DNA of 64,000 nt from a virus, in IMG/VR virus record IMGVR_UViG_3300026382_000175, positions 1-64,000 of that record, one strand, 5' to 3'. The position numbers were made by a program, and so were the translations under genes. The first letter of the stretch is position 1, and the number at the start of each line of letters is the position of its first letter. Under the pieces are notes generated by a model. The model was not told the origin of the DNA and searched no databases. It saw nothing but the letters and a program-made list of their open reading frames with translations. This document shows, piece after piece, positions 1-9,884 of this stretch.

Positions 1-3000
1 TGGTATCTTGATTTAATAACATCTTGGTCTGATAAGTAGGTTCTATATTGTAGAGTTTGAGGTTCTGTTCTTTGAGGAATGATAACTGAGGTTATTGTTG
101 AAGATTGTTCTGGAACTTCTACATAGTTTAATATGCTTTCAAATAGTGTCTCATACGTAAGTTCTGTATTTACAGATGATATTGATGTAAGATCTGATAA
201 TGGATTAGATACATTAGTCGGTTCAATTGTTGGAGAATTTACAGTTGTAACGTTATAATCAAGAATAGTAGGTGTAAAATGGTTAAGATTGGGATTAGTT
301 AATAATTTATCTAAAACAAGTACACCATCACGAGCTGATATTATAAGTTTACCACTTATTAATTCAATTTTATTTAAACCATAATCTTCATCTAGTAAAC
401 AAAAATCAAAATCATTCCTCGGATCATTCACATTAATTCTTGCTATACCACTCTTATGAACACTTCCATCTGAAAATCCAAATGTAATATAAACATTTGT
501 ACCATCAAAAGCAGAATATCCTGTAGGCACTAATGCATTATATGAATATCTTACGGAAGCTTTACCTACAAAAGTGAGATGTATATTTTTTGTGTTATCA
601 TATGCCAGATATCCTATCGCGAATGATCCATAATTTATTCTAAAATTATCATTCACACCAGTATCGTATTTCTTTACAAGACGTAATCGCCTATTATTAA
701 AATCAATATAACCAATAACACCATTACTTCCACTATCGCCCCTACCAGCAAGAAACAATTTATTTGATTCAAATACGAGATCCCCAGGCACAATTCCAAA
801 ATCCGCAAATCCGCTCACGCTTGTCAAGTCAAATTTTAAAGAATCAGCAATTGAATTTGATGTTGTATCATATTTCCAAACATACAATTTATTTGACTCA
901 ATACTAACTAAGTAAAGATATTTATCATATTTTGCGCTAGCATTAATATTGTAGCTGCTACTTAAACTTTGTTTAAATACACTTCCTGTTTCAGTACTGT
1001 AAACCAATAATCCATACGGGAAAATAAGGTAAATTTTCCCATTTGATTCATGAATATTTCTTAGATATGCACCCAAACCAAGATATGACTTAGAAATCTT
1101 TCTTGACCCTAATAGATTAAGTTTCTTGTCAAACGTGGAAATATACAAGTTATAATCCGAGTCAAAAGAAAATAGATAGTATTTATCATTTACTAGAATA
1201 GCTTTTGAGGATTCTTTAAAACTTCCTTTAACAAACTTTTCAACCTTCAACTGAAAATCTGTGATTGTAGTTTGTTTTTTGTTTACTATTAACTCATCAC
1301 CCACTTCTAGTATATTACTTAAATCGTCAGTTAACTCAAAACTATTAGTTGTAGCTTTCTGTATCTTATCGCTTATATCTTCATCAAAATATAGACATCT
1401 ATCTGGATTGGATTCCATAGCAATGTAGACTTTTGTAGGTTCTTTCCACGCTTTTTGTGGAGGATTGGTAAGGTTGAAGGAGGAGATATCTGCTTGGTGA
1501 TAGGAATATACAGAATTCGGAAAATTATATTGATAAATTTTCCTACTACTACCACTTCTAGATACAAATAATCTAGTTCCTGTTAAGTTGAAAAAAAGAC
1601 TGCTAGGGCTATAACTTAAAGAAAAACCATCCGAATAACTTGCTGTTGAGATGTCCCAAGGAGTAGATAAATTGTATTGACTAATTTGATAATTTGTATC
1701 AATAGTTTCAGCGATAAACATTCTTGTTCCATCAGGAGAGAAAAATAAACCATAAGTTGATCTGTTACTTAAATAACTAATATTACTATAACTTGCTGTT
1801 GTTATATCCCAAGGTGTAGATAAATTGTATTGATAAACTTTACGCTCTATGGATGTTGTAACAAACATTTTAAGACCATCAGGAGAAAAGAAAAGTCCAT
1901 ATAATCTGTTCGGATTAGAAACTTGTGCACCTAAAGAAACTTCACCTGAATAACTTGCTGTTGTTATATCCCAAGGTGTAGATAAATTGTATTGATAAAT
2001 AGCCGCATGGTCAGATCCAACAATAAACATTCTTGTTCCATCAGGTTTAAAGAAAATCTCTCCTGGAAAAGAATCTTGACTGCTAACAGAAAAGCTACTT
2101 GAATAACTTGCTGTTGAGATGTCCCAAGGAGTAGATAAATTGTAGCTAGTAACATTATTATCCGAATCACCTACAACATACATAACACTTCCATCTGGCT
2201 TAAAAAATAAACCAGTAGGATAACTTGCAATTGTAGGTAGTTCAAAACTTGTATCATATTGTGCACTACTAATATTGTCGTTATTCAATATAACACTCCC
2301 AATCTCTCCTTCCTTAACTCCATCTACATTATTATACAGTACAACCTTTTCACCAGTCACAACTTCATCTACCGTTTTTAGTGTAGTACTATCAGAACCT
2401 GATAATACTTTAATCTCTTTAAGTTTTTCAGTAACAGTTACTTGATATTGATACCAGTCATTATCAGTTTCTTCTTGTTCAAAAGGAATGGAAACCCAAA
2501 CAGCAGGAAAATATTGTTTAAATGCTTTAGTAGGAGTAGTGGATAAGGAGAAGGAGGAAATATCAATAGAATTAACAACATTATATAACAATGTTAATTT
2601 TATCGGGTCAATAAAATAGATAGACTTACCATCAACTGATGAAATACTGTAATAGTTTGTCTCTATTATTGAAGAGATACCTTTTTCAATATCAGGAGTT
2701 GAATTAATAGTGGTTAAATCAAAAGGAGTCCCTAACGAGAATTCTTGTAAAACTTTATTCTGCGTTTGTATTGTTATTAGCTTGCTCCCATCACCAGAAA
2801 ACAATAATCCTGAATGATATGAGGTACTATTACCCTCTGGAAAGGTATAAACTTGAGCAGGAGATGTAATTGAACCTATATCATATGGATTTGATAAGAC
2901 ATATTTTCTAATAGTATTATCTATACCAAGTAAAAACAATGTTAATCCATCTTTACTGAAATAGAGATGATGGGGATAACCTTCAACATCTAAACTTGCT

Positions 3001-3503
3001 TCATAAGTTCTTGAACTTAAATCAAAAGGATTCGTCAAAGTATATTTGTATATCCTTCCATTCGTAAGCAATATTAAAATATAACCATCATCTGAAAGCC
3101 AAATATTAGATAAATATTCTGATGGCTCAGTAAAAGTAAATCTTCCTATTAGTCTTTTTATCTTTGCTGAATTTTTGAAATCAACATCAAAAACATAAAC
3201 AGGATAATCCGATTCAGAAGTTGTGACAAATAATTTCTGATAATTATCAGATACAAATATACCCACAACCTCATCAGTTGTAATATTAATATCTAACGAT
3301 AAACTATCACCAATAAATAAGTCACTTATATCCCAAGGAGTTCCCTGTTGAGTAACACTCCCAACATTATTCCTTATGTAGTTGGTACCATCAAACAATA
3401 CTAATTCTTCATTCTCCTTTATCTCAACTGGAGTTAGTAGTGTGTTACTATCAGAACCAGATAAAATAGGTATTTCTTTCCAGCCACCTTTTAGTGCCTT
3501 CAT
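1..3503 (-). CDS. Long tail fibre / receptor-binding protein, partial (>1160 aa, runs off the window)
   Basis: Absent from the ORF track because it has no stop in the window. ATG at 3503 follows GGAGG and reads MKALKGGWKEIPILSGSDSN... The same frame is open at the window edge (..QTLQYRTYLSDQDVIKSRY). Contains YNLSTPWDI(S/T)TASY beta-propeller-type repeats and lies after the tail fibre genes. Confidence 0.85.
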   Translation of the reverse strand, partial: MKALKGGWKEIPILSGSDSNTLLTPVEIKENEELVLFDGTNYIRNNVGSVTQQGTPWDISDLFIGDSLSLDINITTDEVVGIFVSDNYQKLFVTTSESDYPVYVFDVDFKNSAKIKRLIGRFTFTEPSEYLSNIWLSDDGYILILLTNGRIYKYTLTNPFDLSSRTYEASLDVEGYPHHLYFSKDGLTLFLLGIDNTIRKYVLSNPYDIGSITSPAQVYTFPEGNSTSYHSGLLFSGDGSKLITIQTQNKVLQEFSLGTPFDLTTINSTPDIEKGISSIIETNYYSISSVDGKSIYFIDPIKLTLLYNVVNSIDISSFSLSTTPTKAFKQYFPAVWVSIPFEQEETDNDWYQYQVTVTEKLKEIKVLSGSDSTTLKTVDEVVTGEKVVLYNNVDGVKEGEIGSVILNNDNISSAQYDTSFELPTIASYPTGLFFKPDGSVMYVVGDSDNNVTSYNLSTPWDISTASYSSSFSVSSQDSFPGEIFFKPDGTRMFIVGSDHAAIYQYNLSTPWDITTASYSGEVSLGAQVSNPNRLYGLFFSPDGLKMFVTTSIERKVYQYNLSTPWDITTASYSNISYLSNRSTYGLFFSPDGTRMFIAETIDTNYQISQYNLSTPWDISTASYSDGFSLSYSPSSLFFNLTGTRLFVSRSGSSRKIYQYNFPNSVYSYHQADISSFNLTNPPQKAWKEPTKVYIAMESNPDRCLYFDEDISDKIQKATTNSFELTDDLSNILEVGDELIVNKKQTTITDFQLKVEKFVKGSFKESSKAILVNDKYYLFSFDSDYNLYISTFDKKLNLLGSRKISKSYLGLGAYLRNIHESNGKIYLIFPYGLLVYSTETGSVFKQSLSSSYNINASAKYDKYLYLVSIESNKLYVWKYDTTSNSIADSLKFDLTSVSGFADFGIVPGDLVFESNKLFLAGRGDSGSNGVIGYIDFNNRRLRLVKKYDTGVNDNFRINYGSFAIGYLAYDNTKNIHLTFVGKASVRYSYNALVPTGYSAFDGTNVYITFGFSDGSVHKSGIARINVNDPRNDFDFCLLDEDYGLNKIELISGKLIISARDGVLVLDKLLTNPNLNHFTPTILDYNVTTVNSPTIEPTNVSNPLSDLTSISSVNTELTYETLFESILNYVEVPEQSSTITSVIIPQRTEPQTLQYRTYLSDQDVIKSRY
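1633..2144. repeat. Four intragenic repeats in A-B-B-A order
   Basis: 44 bp identical at 1633-1676 and 2101-2144; 50 bp identical at 1788-1837 and 1950-1999. They encode YNLSTPWDI(S/T)TASY. Confidence 0.95.
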
Positions 3504-3520
3504 ATATTAAACCTCCATTA

Positions 3521-4702
3521 CTAAGCAGTTAAATCCCAACCATCGTTATACTCAGTGTTGTCTTCATTAAAATTAGATACGCTTACTGCTGTGTCTGATG
3601 TGAGTTGAATATCCTTAATAGTGAGTTGCTTAGAAACTCTTTCAGTTACATCGTTGCCATCTAAATTCCTAGTTACCCATAGAGTAATAGTAGCTGTTGT
3701 GTCTTGGTCTACTTCAGGTAGTTCCCAAGTAAAGTGCATTCCACTTATTGTTAAAATACCATGAGTAACAATTCCATTTAAGGTATACTTAGAGGTATCA
3801 AAAGTCTTACCTCCATCGTGAGTTACATCACCTTCTACAGTAGACTGCTCATTTTCTTGGGATGGAATTGTGTATTCAATTTGATACTTGGTAGTGTTAT
3901 ACTCTAGTACATTAGACCAGTTTGAGGAATGACCTGCATCTCCATTATACTTAGCTCTTACATAGTAAGTTGAATCTATATCAAGTATATCTTGGTCAAT
4001 TGTTAATGTATCTTGTTTTGATGGGTCAGTTTCAGTGTAGTTAAGAACTAAGTTGTTAAATTCAGGATCAGTAGCTATTTGCCAATCAGTACTTTGCCAA
4101 TTATCAGTATAACCATAAGCTTTGAATGGTGTAAGCTTAAATGTAGGATAAAGTGAACCTGTATCAGAGGTAGATACAGTAGGAGTTTCTATGTAAGCAC
4201 TAGCAGTAGTAAAGCTAACAGGATCAGACCAATCTGAAATGTGGTAGTCTGATTTATACCTTACCCTTACATAATAGAGGGTTTCAGGGTCTAAGTTTTG
4301 AGGTTGGTAAGAGGTTAGGTTAGCAGTATCGTTATATGAGGACTCAACTATGTTAGTAAACTCTGAATCAGTAGCTATTTCCCAATCTGAAGCATCGTGA
4401 GTGCCATAAAAGTGCTCTGATGGTTGAAATGGAGAGGACTCAATAGTTCCTGAAAAGTTAGTTTCTCCATCAGTAGGATTAGTAATAGTTGGTTTGGTTA
4501 TTACAGTAGCATCTATCCCTGAGATGTTCTCAACAGTTTCAGAAAGAGTTTCTAACTCTTGAACTAAGTACTGGTCGTTTTCCAGTAGTTGAGCTATTGG
4601 TCTATTAGCAACTCCTTGTGGAGTATCATCTGTAGTTCCATCAAATTTTTCATACTGTCTATACCAGTCTAAATTTTCGTGAGGGAGCTTTTTCTCAGCC
4701 AT
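3521..4702 (-). CDS. Tail fibre protein with two fibronectin-III-like repeats
   Basis: N-terminal 'ANRPIAQLLENDQYL' fibre-attachment motif; duplicated 'STDWQIATDPEF...YYVRAKY...SNWS' FN3-like units. Confidence 0.75.
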   Translation of the reverse strand: MAEKKLPHENLDWYRQYEKFDGTTDDTPQGVANRPIAQLLENDQYLVQELETLSETVENISGIDATVITKPTITNPTDGETNFSGTIESSPFQPSEHFYGTHDASDWEIATDSEFTNIVESSYNDTANLTSYQPQNLDPETLYYVRVRYKSDYHISDWSDPVSFTTASAYIETPTVSTSDTGSLYPTFKLTPFKAYGYTDNWQSTDWQIATDPEFNNLVLNYTETDPSKQDTLTIDQDILDIDSTYYVRAKYNGDAGHSSNWSNVLEYNTTKYQIEYTIPSQENEQSTVEGDVTHDGGKTFDTSKYTLNGIVTHGILTISGMHFTWELPEVDQDTTATITLWVTRNLDGNDVTERVSKQLTIKDIQLTSDTAVSVSNFNEDNTEYNDGWDLTA

Positions 4703-4718
4703 TATCTAATCCTCCTGA

Positions 4719-5258
4719 TTATTCTTGGCAAGTTAAATCTAAGATAATAGTCCAGTGCAGTGTGTAAGCTTTAGTGTTAGTTTTATAGAGAGGGTAGTCT
4801 GTAATTCTAGCAAATATGTTATTGTTAGCATCTGCTAAGGCAAACTCTGAGTACTTAACTGGAGTTCCTTCATCAGAGTTACCAGTATCTTTGTCTAGGT
4901 AAAAGTTGAATGTAATAGCTTTGTTTACTTGGTCAATTTGGTAGTCTAAAACAGGTAGTTCAAGCTTGGGTTCTACTAAACCTGTATCAGAACAGCTAGG
5001 AGGAATTGGATTGTCATCTGAGTCTGTTCCTCCAGTACCTAAGAGGAGTTTAGAGATACCTTTGTTAGGTTGGTTGCTCATCATAGCTAAGAGGAGGTTA
5101 ACTGCATTTTGAACTACTTTATTCCTCTTGTGGAGAACTACATTACCCTGCTCATCTTTGATAGTTAAAATACCTTTAGGAGATATAGTAAGTTGGTCTT
5201 GAAGGTGAGAGCCTACTCTAAGTTGACTAAAAGGGTTTACTTTAAACCTATCTTTCAT
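4719..5258 (-). CDS. Tail-collar/baseplate fibre attachment protein
   Basis: 'HKRNKVV...LGTGG...SEFAL...IFARIT...K...LHWTI' pattern typical of tail-collar fibre proteins; synteny. Confidence 0.65.
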   Translation of the reverse strand: MKDRFKVNPFSQLRVGSHLQDQLTISPKGILTIKDEQGNVVLHKRNKVVQNAVNLLLAMMSNQPNKGISKLLLGTGGTDSDDNPIPPSCSDTGLVEPKLELPVLDYQIDQVNKAITFNFYLDKDTGNSDEGTPVKYSEFALADANNNIFARITDYPLYKTNTKAYTLHWTIILDLTCQE

Positions 5259-5260
5259 AC

Positions 5261-6400
5261 TTAAACCTCCTGTATCGTTAGGACATCAGAAATACCTGAT
5301 TTATTAGAGCTAATGTAGGAACTCCCTACTGTAGTAGCTCCTACAAACATTCCATTTAGGTCTGAACTGAGAACATCTTCAGCAAAAGTTTCTTGGCTTG
5401 TAGTTAACTTGTCTTTAAGTGGATAAGTTTCAGTAGTTAACTCTCCTACTTTGAAGTTACCAATTCTGTTATTACAACCTACTAGGGAGTAATTACCCAA
5501 AAAGCTTTGACCTATTGACTCACAATAGGAATTGTCTGCAATAGTTTCTAACTTAGAATTAGCTTTAAACTCTAAATTGTCTTCAGGGTAAGCAATTAAG
5601 TTGGAGTAGTAAGCATCAGATATTGAGGAGGAGCTACCTGATACTGTTGCTTTACCTACATAGAAATATCCAATTACTGAAGGATTAAGGTCTGCTTTTA
5701 AGGTATCAGTAAAGTTGTTATCAGTTTCAGACCAGAACTCATCTTGAATAGGCCAGTAGTAACACTCCTCACCTATTAGGAACTTACCTACTTGAGTTAA
5801 ACCAATTCTTGGATTAGATTGGCAACAGTACTTACCTACTTCAAACTCTCCTACATTGGAAAGTCCTACTATTGCTCCTGGGTCTTCACACTTAGGATAG
5901 AAGTTGTTAAAGAATGAGTCAACAAAGGATTGGTCTGTTTCTACCCAAAACTCCTCATTAGCAGTTCCTGATATTATATCTTCATAGTTAAGGTTGTATA
6001 GGAGTAGATAACACTTTAAGCAAAGATGTTTTAAACTTTGCCAAGCTTGAGCTACAAATTCGTCTACTTCCTCTTCAGTTCTACCTGCTCTATCTACTTC
6101 TATAACTACACAGCATCTATCTACTAAGTTCTCTGGGTATTCATACCACTCCTTAACAGTAAAGGTGGGGTCTGTTAGGTTACCTAGTGCTAGGTAAAAA
6201 CCCTTACTACCAAAAGACTGTAAGTAATAGTTTTTAATTTGAGGAGTTTGGATTTTTAGTTTAGAACCGAATTCCTCATCCCACTCCCTTTCTCCTATTA
6301 CCTTTACAGTAGCATCTACAAAGTTCTCTAGTAGGTCTGAGGTAATTTTGATTATCTCTACATCTCTTAAGTTCTCTGGTATAAACCTTTTTATCTTCAT
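5261..6400 (-). CDS. Baseplate wedge protein (gp7/gpI-like position) with IG.F.VG repeats
   Basis: Directly follows the gp6-like gene; repeated (I/V)G.(F/T).VG motifs. Confidence 0.5.
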   Translation of the reverse strand: MKIKRFIPENLRDVEIIKITSDLLENFVDATVKVIGEREWDEEFGSKLKIQTPQIKNYYLQSFGSKGFYLALGNLTDPTFTVKEWYEYPENLVDRCCVVIEVDRAGRTEEEVDEFVAQAWQSLKHLCLKCYLLLYNLNYEDIISGTANEEFWVETDQSFVDSFFNNFYPKCEDPGAIVGLSNVGEFEVGKYCCQSNPRIGLTQVGKFLIGEECYYWPIQDEFWSETDNNFTDTLKADLNPSVIGYFYVGKATVSGSSSSISDAYYSNLIAYPEDNLEFKANSKLETIADNSYCESIGQSFLGNYSLVGCNNRIGNFKVGELTTETYPLKDKLTTSQETFAEDVLSSDLNGMFVGATTVGSSYISSNKSGISDVLTIQEV

Positions 6401-6402
6401 AG

Positions 6403-7686
6403 TTATACCTCAGTTAGAGAAGCTGTTACACTCTTAAAGAACCCAGTTCTGTTTATAGGAGTGGGGGAAATTAAATCTGTATTAACTGGAGTAAACACAG
6501 TTGGGTAAAACTTTTCTGAAAGTTCTAGTGCTACTATTGAAGGATCTATATACTCATCAGGAGTCATTAACCTTAGTGCTAAAGTTTTCTCTAGGTAATC
6601 GTTTACTAAATTCTCTAAGTTGGATTGGGATACATATCTAACCTTAAAGGAAAGGGTTAAGTCCTCCCCTTGCGTAGGTTGGTAAGGAATGTAGTTTATT
6701 TTTAAAGCTAATAGCTTTCTCTTTTCAGTTTCATTCTTTACATAATCTAGGATTGAGTTATCTAACAGGATAAACTCTAAATCTGCTTCACAACAGTAAG
6801 AGGTATCATCAGGAGAAATCTTAAAACATCTAGCTGAAGGTATTTGAGGAAATCTCCAAACTAACCAAGACTCAAAATCCTTTTCCCTTACTAACCTAGC
6901 GTCTAAAGGGACATACTTTAAAATATTTCTTATAACATCTAAGTTGTAGTAAGTCCAAGCTAAAGTATCTTCTACTACCTGTGCATCAGGTATAGTAAAC
7001 TGAGCTGAGTTAGAGTCTAAGGAGTTTACATCTGCATTGTAGGAAATCCTTTTGTAGGTTACAGTAGTGTTTCTGTAGTAGCCTAGCTTACCATCTCCAA
7101 AGAATAACCTAGATTGGTAAAACCCTGAACCTCTTAGAATAGATTGCTTAGGATTATCTATCTGCTCTACAATGTCGTTAGCTAAGTTGATTTTATTAAT
7201 TCCCTCAGTAAGGATATCATAGTCTGATAAGAATTTACCTTTGTTAATTACAGTTTGCCTTTGGTAAGGAGTAGTAAGAAGTATTGAAGTTTCTTCCAAA
7301 TATCCAACTTTACAAATAACTCCTTCCTCATAGTAATCTACTGGTATAATCTGATAGTCTCCTAAGGTTCCTATTGGAGAGTAGAGCTCTACTGAGTAGT
7401 CTGTTTTAACCTTTAATGTTCTACCTTTAAGAGGAGGAAGAACAAATCCATAGTTGTAAACTATCTCTATTAAGGAAGTTTCAGATTTAGCAGTTTCTAT
7501 GTAGGACTCTTGCCTAGCTATTGACTGAGCCATTTGGGAGTAGTTAACAGCAATAGCTATAAGTTGGAGGAGAATTCTAAAGTTCTCTGATTGAGCTAGT
7601 TCGTTATACCTATCCCCTAGAGAAGTCTTTAGGTAATCCTCTAAGTACTTAACAGTTGTAGTTATATCTCCTACACTGATTATCAT
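6403..7686 (-). CDS. Baseplate wedge subunit (T4 gp6/gpJ-like)
   Basis: 'ARQESYIETAKSETSL', 'LFFGDGKLG' and 'RLVREKDF' are gp6-like motifs. Confidence 0.8.
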   Translation of the reverse strand: MIISVGDITTTVKYLEDYLKTSLGDRYNELAQSENFRILLQLIAIAVNYSQMAQSIARQESYIETAKSETSLIEIVYNYGFVLPPLKGRTLKVKTDYSVELYSPIGTLGDYQIIPVDYYEEGVICKVGYLEETSILLTTPYQRQTVINKGKFLSDYDILTEGINKINLANDIVEQIDNPKQSILRGSGFYQSRLFFGDGKLGYYRNTTVTYKRISYNADVNSLDSNSAQFTIPDAQVVEDTLAWTYYNLDVIRNILKYVPLDARLVREKDFESWLVWRFPQIPSARCFKISPDDTSYCCEADLEFILLDNSILDYVKNETEKRKLLALKINYIPYQPTQGEDLTLSFKVRYVSQSNLENLVNDYLEKTLALRLMTPDEYIDPSIVALELSEKFYPTVFTPVNTDLISPTPINRTGFFKSVTASLTEV

Positions 7687-7687
7687 T

Positions 7688-7972
7688 TTATCCCTCTATC
7701 TTATTCTGAATAAGGAACTCTTCTAAAGAAGTTTTAGTAGCAGTTTTATAAACCAGGTCTACTGAACCTGATAGTAAGCAAGGTATCCAATAGAACCCTA
7801 CATTATCTAAAGTTTCGTAAGCTACTAAATCAGGTCTTTCACTAGGAGGAACTGATACTGGTTCTAGTAAGTAAGGTTTTGACTCAGGGTTGATTAAGTC
7901 TAATAATATTCCATCTATATCTTTAAAGTAATGGTCTGGAGAGTAGTAAGGAGTCTCAGTTTGGATAAACAT
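7688..7972 (-). CDS. Baseplate wedge protein (gp53/LysM-like)
   Basis: 'ERPDLVAYETLDNVGFYWI' matches the gp53 RPD..A.......YW motif. Confidence 0.75.
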   Translation of the reverse strand: MFIQTETPYYSPDHYFKDIDGILLDLINPESKPYLLEPVSVPPSERPDLVAYETLDNVGFYWIPCLLSGSVDLVYKTATKTSLEEFLIQNKIEG

Positions 7973-7974
7973 TG

Positions 7975-8328
7975 TTACTCCCTCATAAGGTTAAATGAGA
8001 CTGAGTCTGTTATGTTTAACTCTTTTATAGTATAGGTTAGGTAAACTTGGAATAAGTGCTTATCTGGTACAGGTATAACTTCTAAAGAGAGAACTTCTAT
8101 CCTTTCCTCTTGCTTTAAGCAGTCTAGGATAATAGCTCTTAACTGGTCTGCACTAGACTCATCACACAGTTCAAATAAGTAGTCCTCTATTTGGCAACCA
8201 AAGTCTGGGTCGTGTCCTAACTCTTTCTTCTTAGTTAGGAGGATATTCCTTATACCTATCCTTACTGAATGAGAAGGAGTAGAGATTAATCCTGTATCCT
8301 GTATATCGTTAAACCTTATGTTAGGCAT
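7975..8328 (-). CDS. Baseplate protein gp25/gpW-like
   Basis: 'IRNILLTKKKE...PDFGC.I..YLFE...EERI' gp25 signature. Confidence 0.9.
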   Translation of the reverse strand: MPNIRFNDIQDTGLISTPSHSVRIGIRNILLTKKKELGHDPDFGCQIEDYLFELCDESSADQLRAIILDCLKQEERIEVLSLEVIPVPDKHLFQVYLTYTIKELNITDSVSFNLMRE

Positions 8329-8340
8329 TTTGTCCTCTTG

Positions 8341-8886
8341 TTAAGGATTGATGTCAACTTTCTTAGATTGGATTAAGATGTGGTTGTTAGCTAGTAATCT
8401 TAGTTTATTATCAGCTTGTATCTCTATATCGTTAGGAGAGTGTAGTTTAACATCTCCATTAGGGTAAATGTGGATAAACATTCCTGAAGGATGCTCAAAG
8501 TGAACATCTCCAGTTTTCCTATCTATGTAGAACTTATTACCATAGCTATCTACCAATCCATAAGCATCAGGATAAGTAGCTAAGTGGAATGAGGTTTGGG
8601 AGGAGTCTAAACTAAAGTAAAAAGGGTGGTAAATATCTTTCAGGTAAACTGCTATAACTTTATCTCCTATGTTGGGTACATAGAAAGCAGTATTGTTAGT
8701 ATTAGAGTTAAAAGCTGAGGTTAACCTAGTAGCCCAAGGTAGTTTATCTTTAGGTATCCCTTGATACAGAGGATTGGTAAGTTTTATTCTGTGTAGCTTT
8801 TTAGGGTCGTTGTTATCTACTACCTCTGATAGAATGAACTTACCTTTTAAGTTGAACTTGTCTACTGTATCTATTAAACTTAGCAT
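8341..8886 (-). CDS. Baseplate spike (gp5 N-terminal/gpV-like)
   Basis: 'VVDNNDPKKLHRIK...LPWA...VPNIGDKV' OB-fold followed by a beta-helix with 'HPSG'. Confidence 0.85.
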   Translation of the reverse strand: MLSLIDTVDKFNLKGKFILSEVVDNNDPKKLHRIKLTNPLYQGIPKDKLPWATRLTSAFNSNTNNTAFYVPNIGDKVIAVYLKDIYHPFYFSLDSSQTSFHLATYPDAYGLVDSYGNKFYIDRKTGDVHFEHPSGMFIHIYPNGDVKLHSPNDIEIQADNKLRLLANNHILIQSKKVDINP

Positions 8887-9884
8887 AAAGCATCTCTCCA
8901 GAGAGTTAACTTAGTATTTACTCTTGAACCATCTACTAAAACCTCTTTCCCTACTAGGTAGTAAAGTCCATCTAAGGAAATGTTAAATCCTGTTAACTTT
9001 ACTCCTGTTAGTAGGTTTATCTCTGGTACGAAGAAGTTAGTCTGGAAGGTTAGCTGAATACCAGAGGATAAATATTGAATGTTGTCTAGGTAAGCTTGGT
9101 TGTAGTTAGGATGAACATTATCAGTATCTATGTAGGAAAAATCTATTCCATACTGGTTTCTTATAGGTTGGGTAATTCCATACTTAGTTTCAGGTTGAGA
9201 GGTTAGGAAGTTGGTTTGCCAATTGGGATAGTCTAGTTGGTAGGTATTCCCTTTAGCTAGCAGTAAACCTTGTGTCTTTAGTTCTACTATTGGGTCTGAA
9301 CCTACTATGTAGAGAGGTAGGCTGGTTCTCTCCTTTTTAGTAGATAAGTGAATTTCAGGTTTAATAGAACTCCTACCATAAAGCTTATCGTCTAGAGCTA
9401 ATACTAAGTATCCATTGGATAGTTTAGAGTGCAACCAAATGTTCTCTAAAGTATACTTAAGGGAAATCGTCTTTATCCAAACTTGGTTATCTACTCCATT
9501 AGCTTTAACATCAGGACTTAAAGAACTAGCAAATTTAGTTATAGCTTGAACTGAAGTACCATCACAGTAGTCTACTGAACTATCTAATAGCTCTTTTAGG
9601 TAAGCTACGCACTCTACTGAGTAAAGCTCCCTGTTAGGTATAAAGTTAAGGTTGGCTGGATAGAACTTGTAGGTAATTAAGTTTTCCTTATTGAGGAATA
9701 GTAAGGTGAACTGAGTATCTAAGTTTATCAGCTCTTGTATATCTAACTCAAACTTCTTCCTTATGTAGAACTTAGCTATTGGTAAGTTTAAACCTGCTTT
9801 AAGGATTAGAGAGAATCCTTGTAAGAATGGAGTTAAATCTAAATCACCTTTCTTTAGCTGAACCTCATAGTTAACTATTTTCAT
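8880..9884 (-). CDS. Baseplate hub protein (gp27/gpD-like)
   Basis: Position before the spike; C-terminal 'LDGLYYLVG...TKLTLWRD'. Confidence 0.6.
   Translation of the reverse strand: MKIVNYEVQLKKGDLDLTPFLQGFSLILKAGLNLPIAKFYIRKKFELDIQELINLDTQFTLLFLNKENLITYKFYPANLNFIPNRELYSVECVAYLKELLDSSVDYCDGTSVQAITKFASSLSPDVKANGVDNQVWIKTISLKYTLENIWLHSKLSNGYLVLALDDKLYGRSSIKPEIHLSTKKERTSLPLYIVGSDPIVELKTQGLLLAKGNTYQLDYPNWQTNFLTSQPETKYGITQPIRNQYGIDFSYIDTDNVHPNYNQAYLDNIQYLSSGIQLTFQTNFFVPEINLLTGVKLTGFNISLDGLYYLVGKEVLVDGSRVNTKLTLWRDALC

Noticed and set aside
1633-2144. Tail fibre repeats as a diversity-generating retroelement TR/VR pair
   Set aside because: The pairs are identical, in frame within one gene, show no adenine-specific variation, and no reverse transcriptase is in the window.
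1373-2170. Track ORFs 1373-1567 and 1964-2170
   Set aside because: Out-of-frame overlaps within the long tail fibre ORF.
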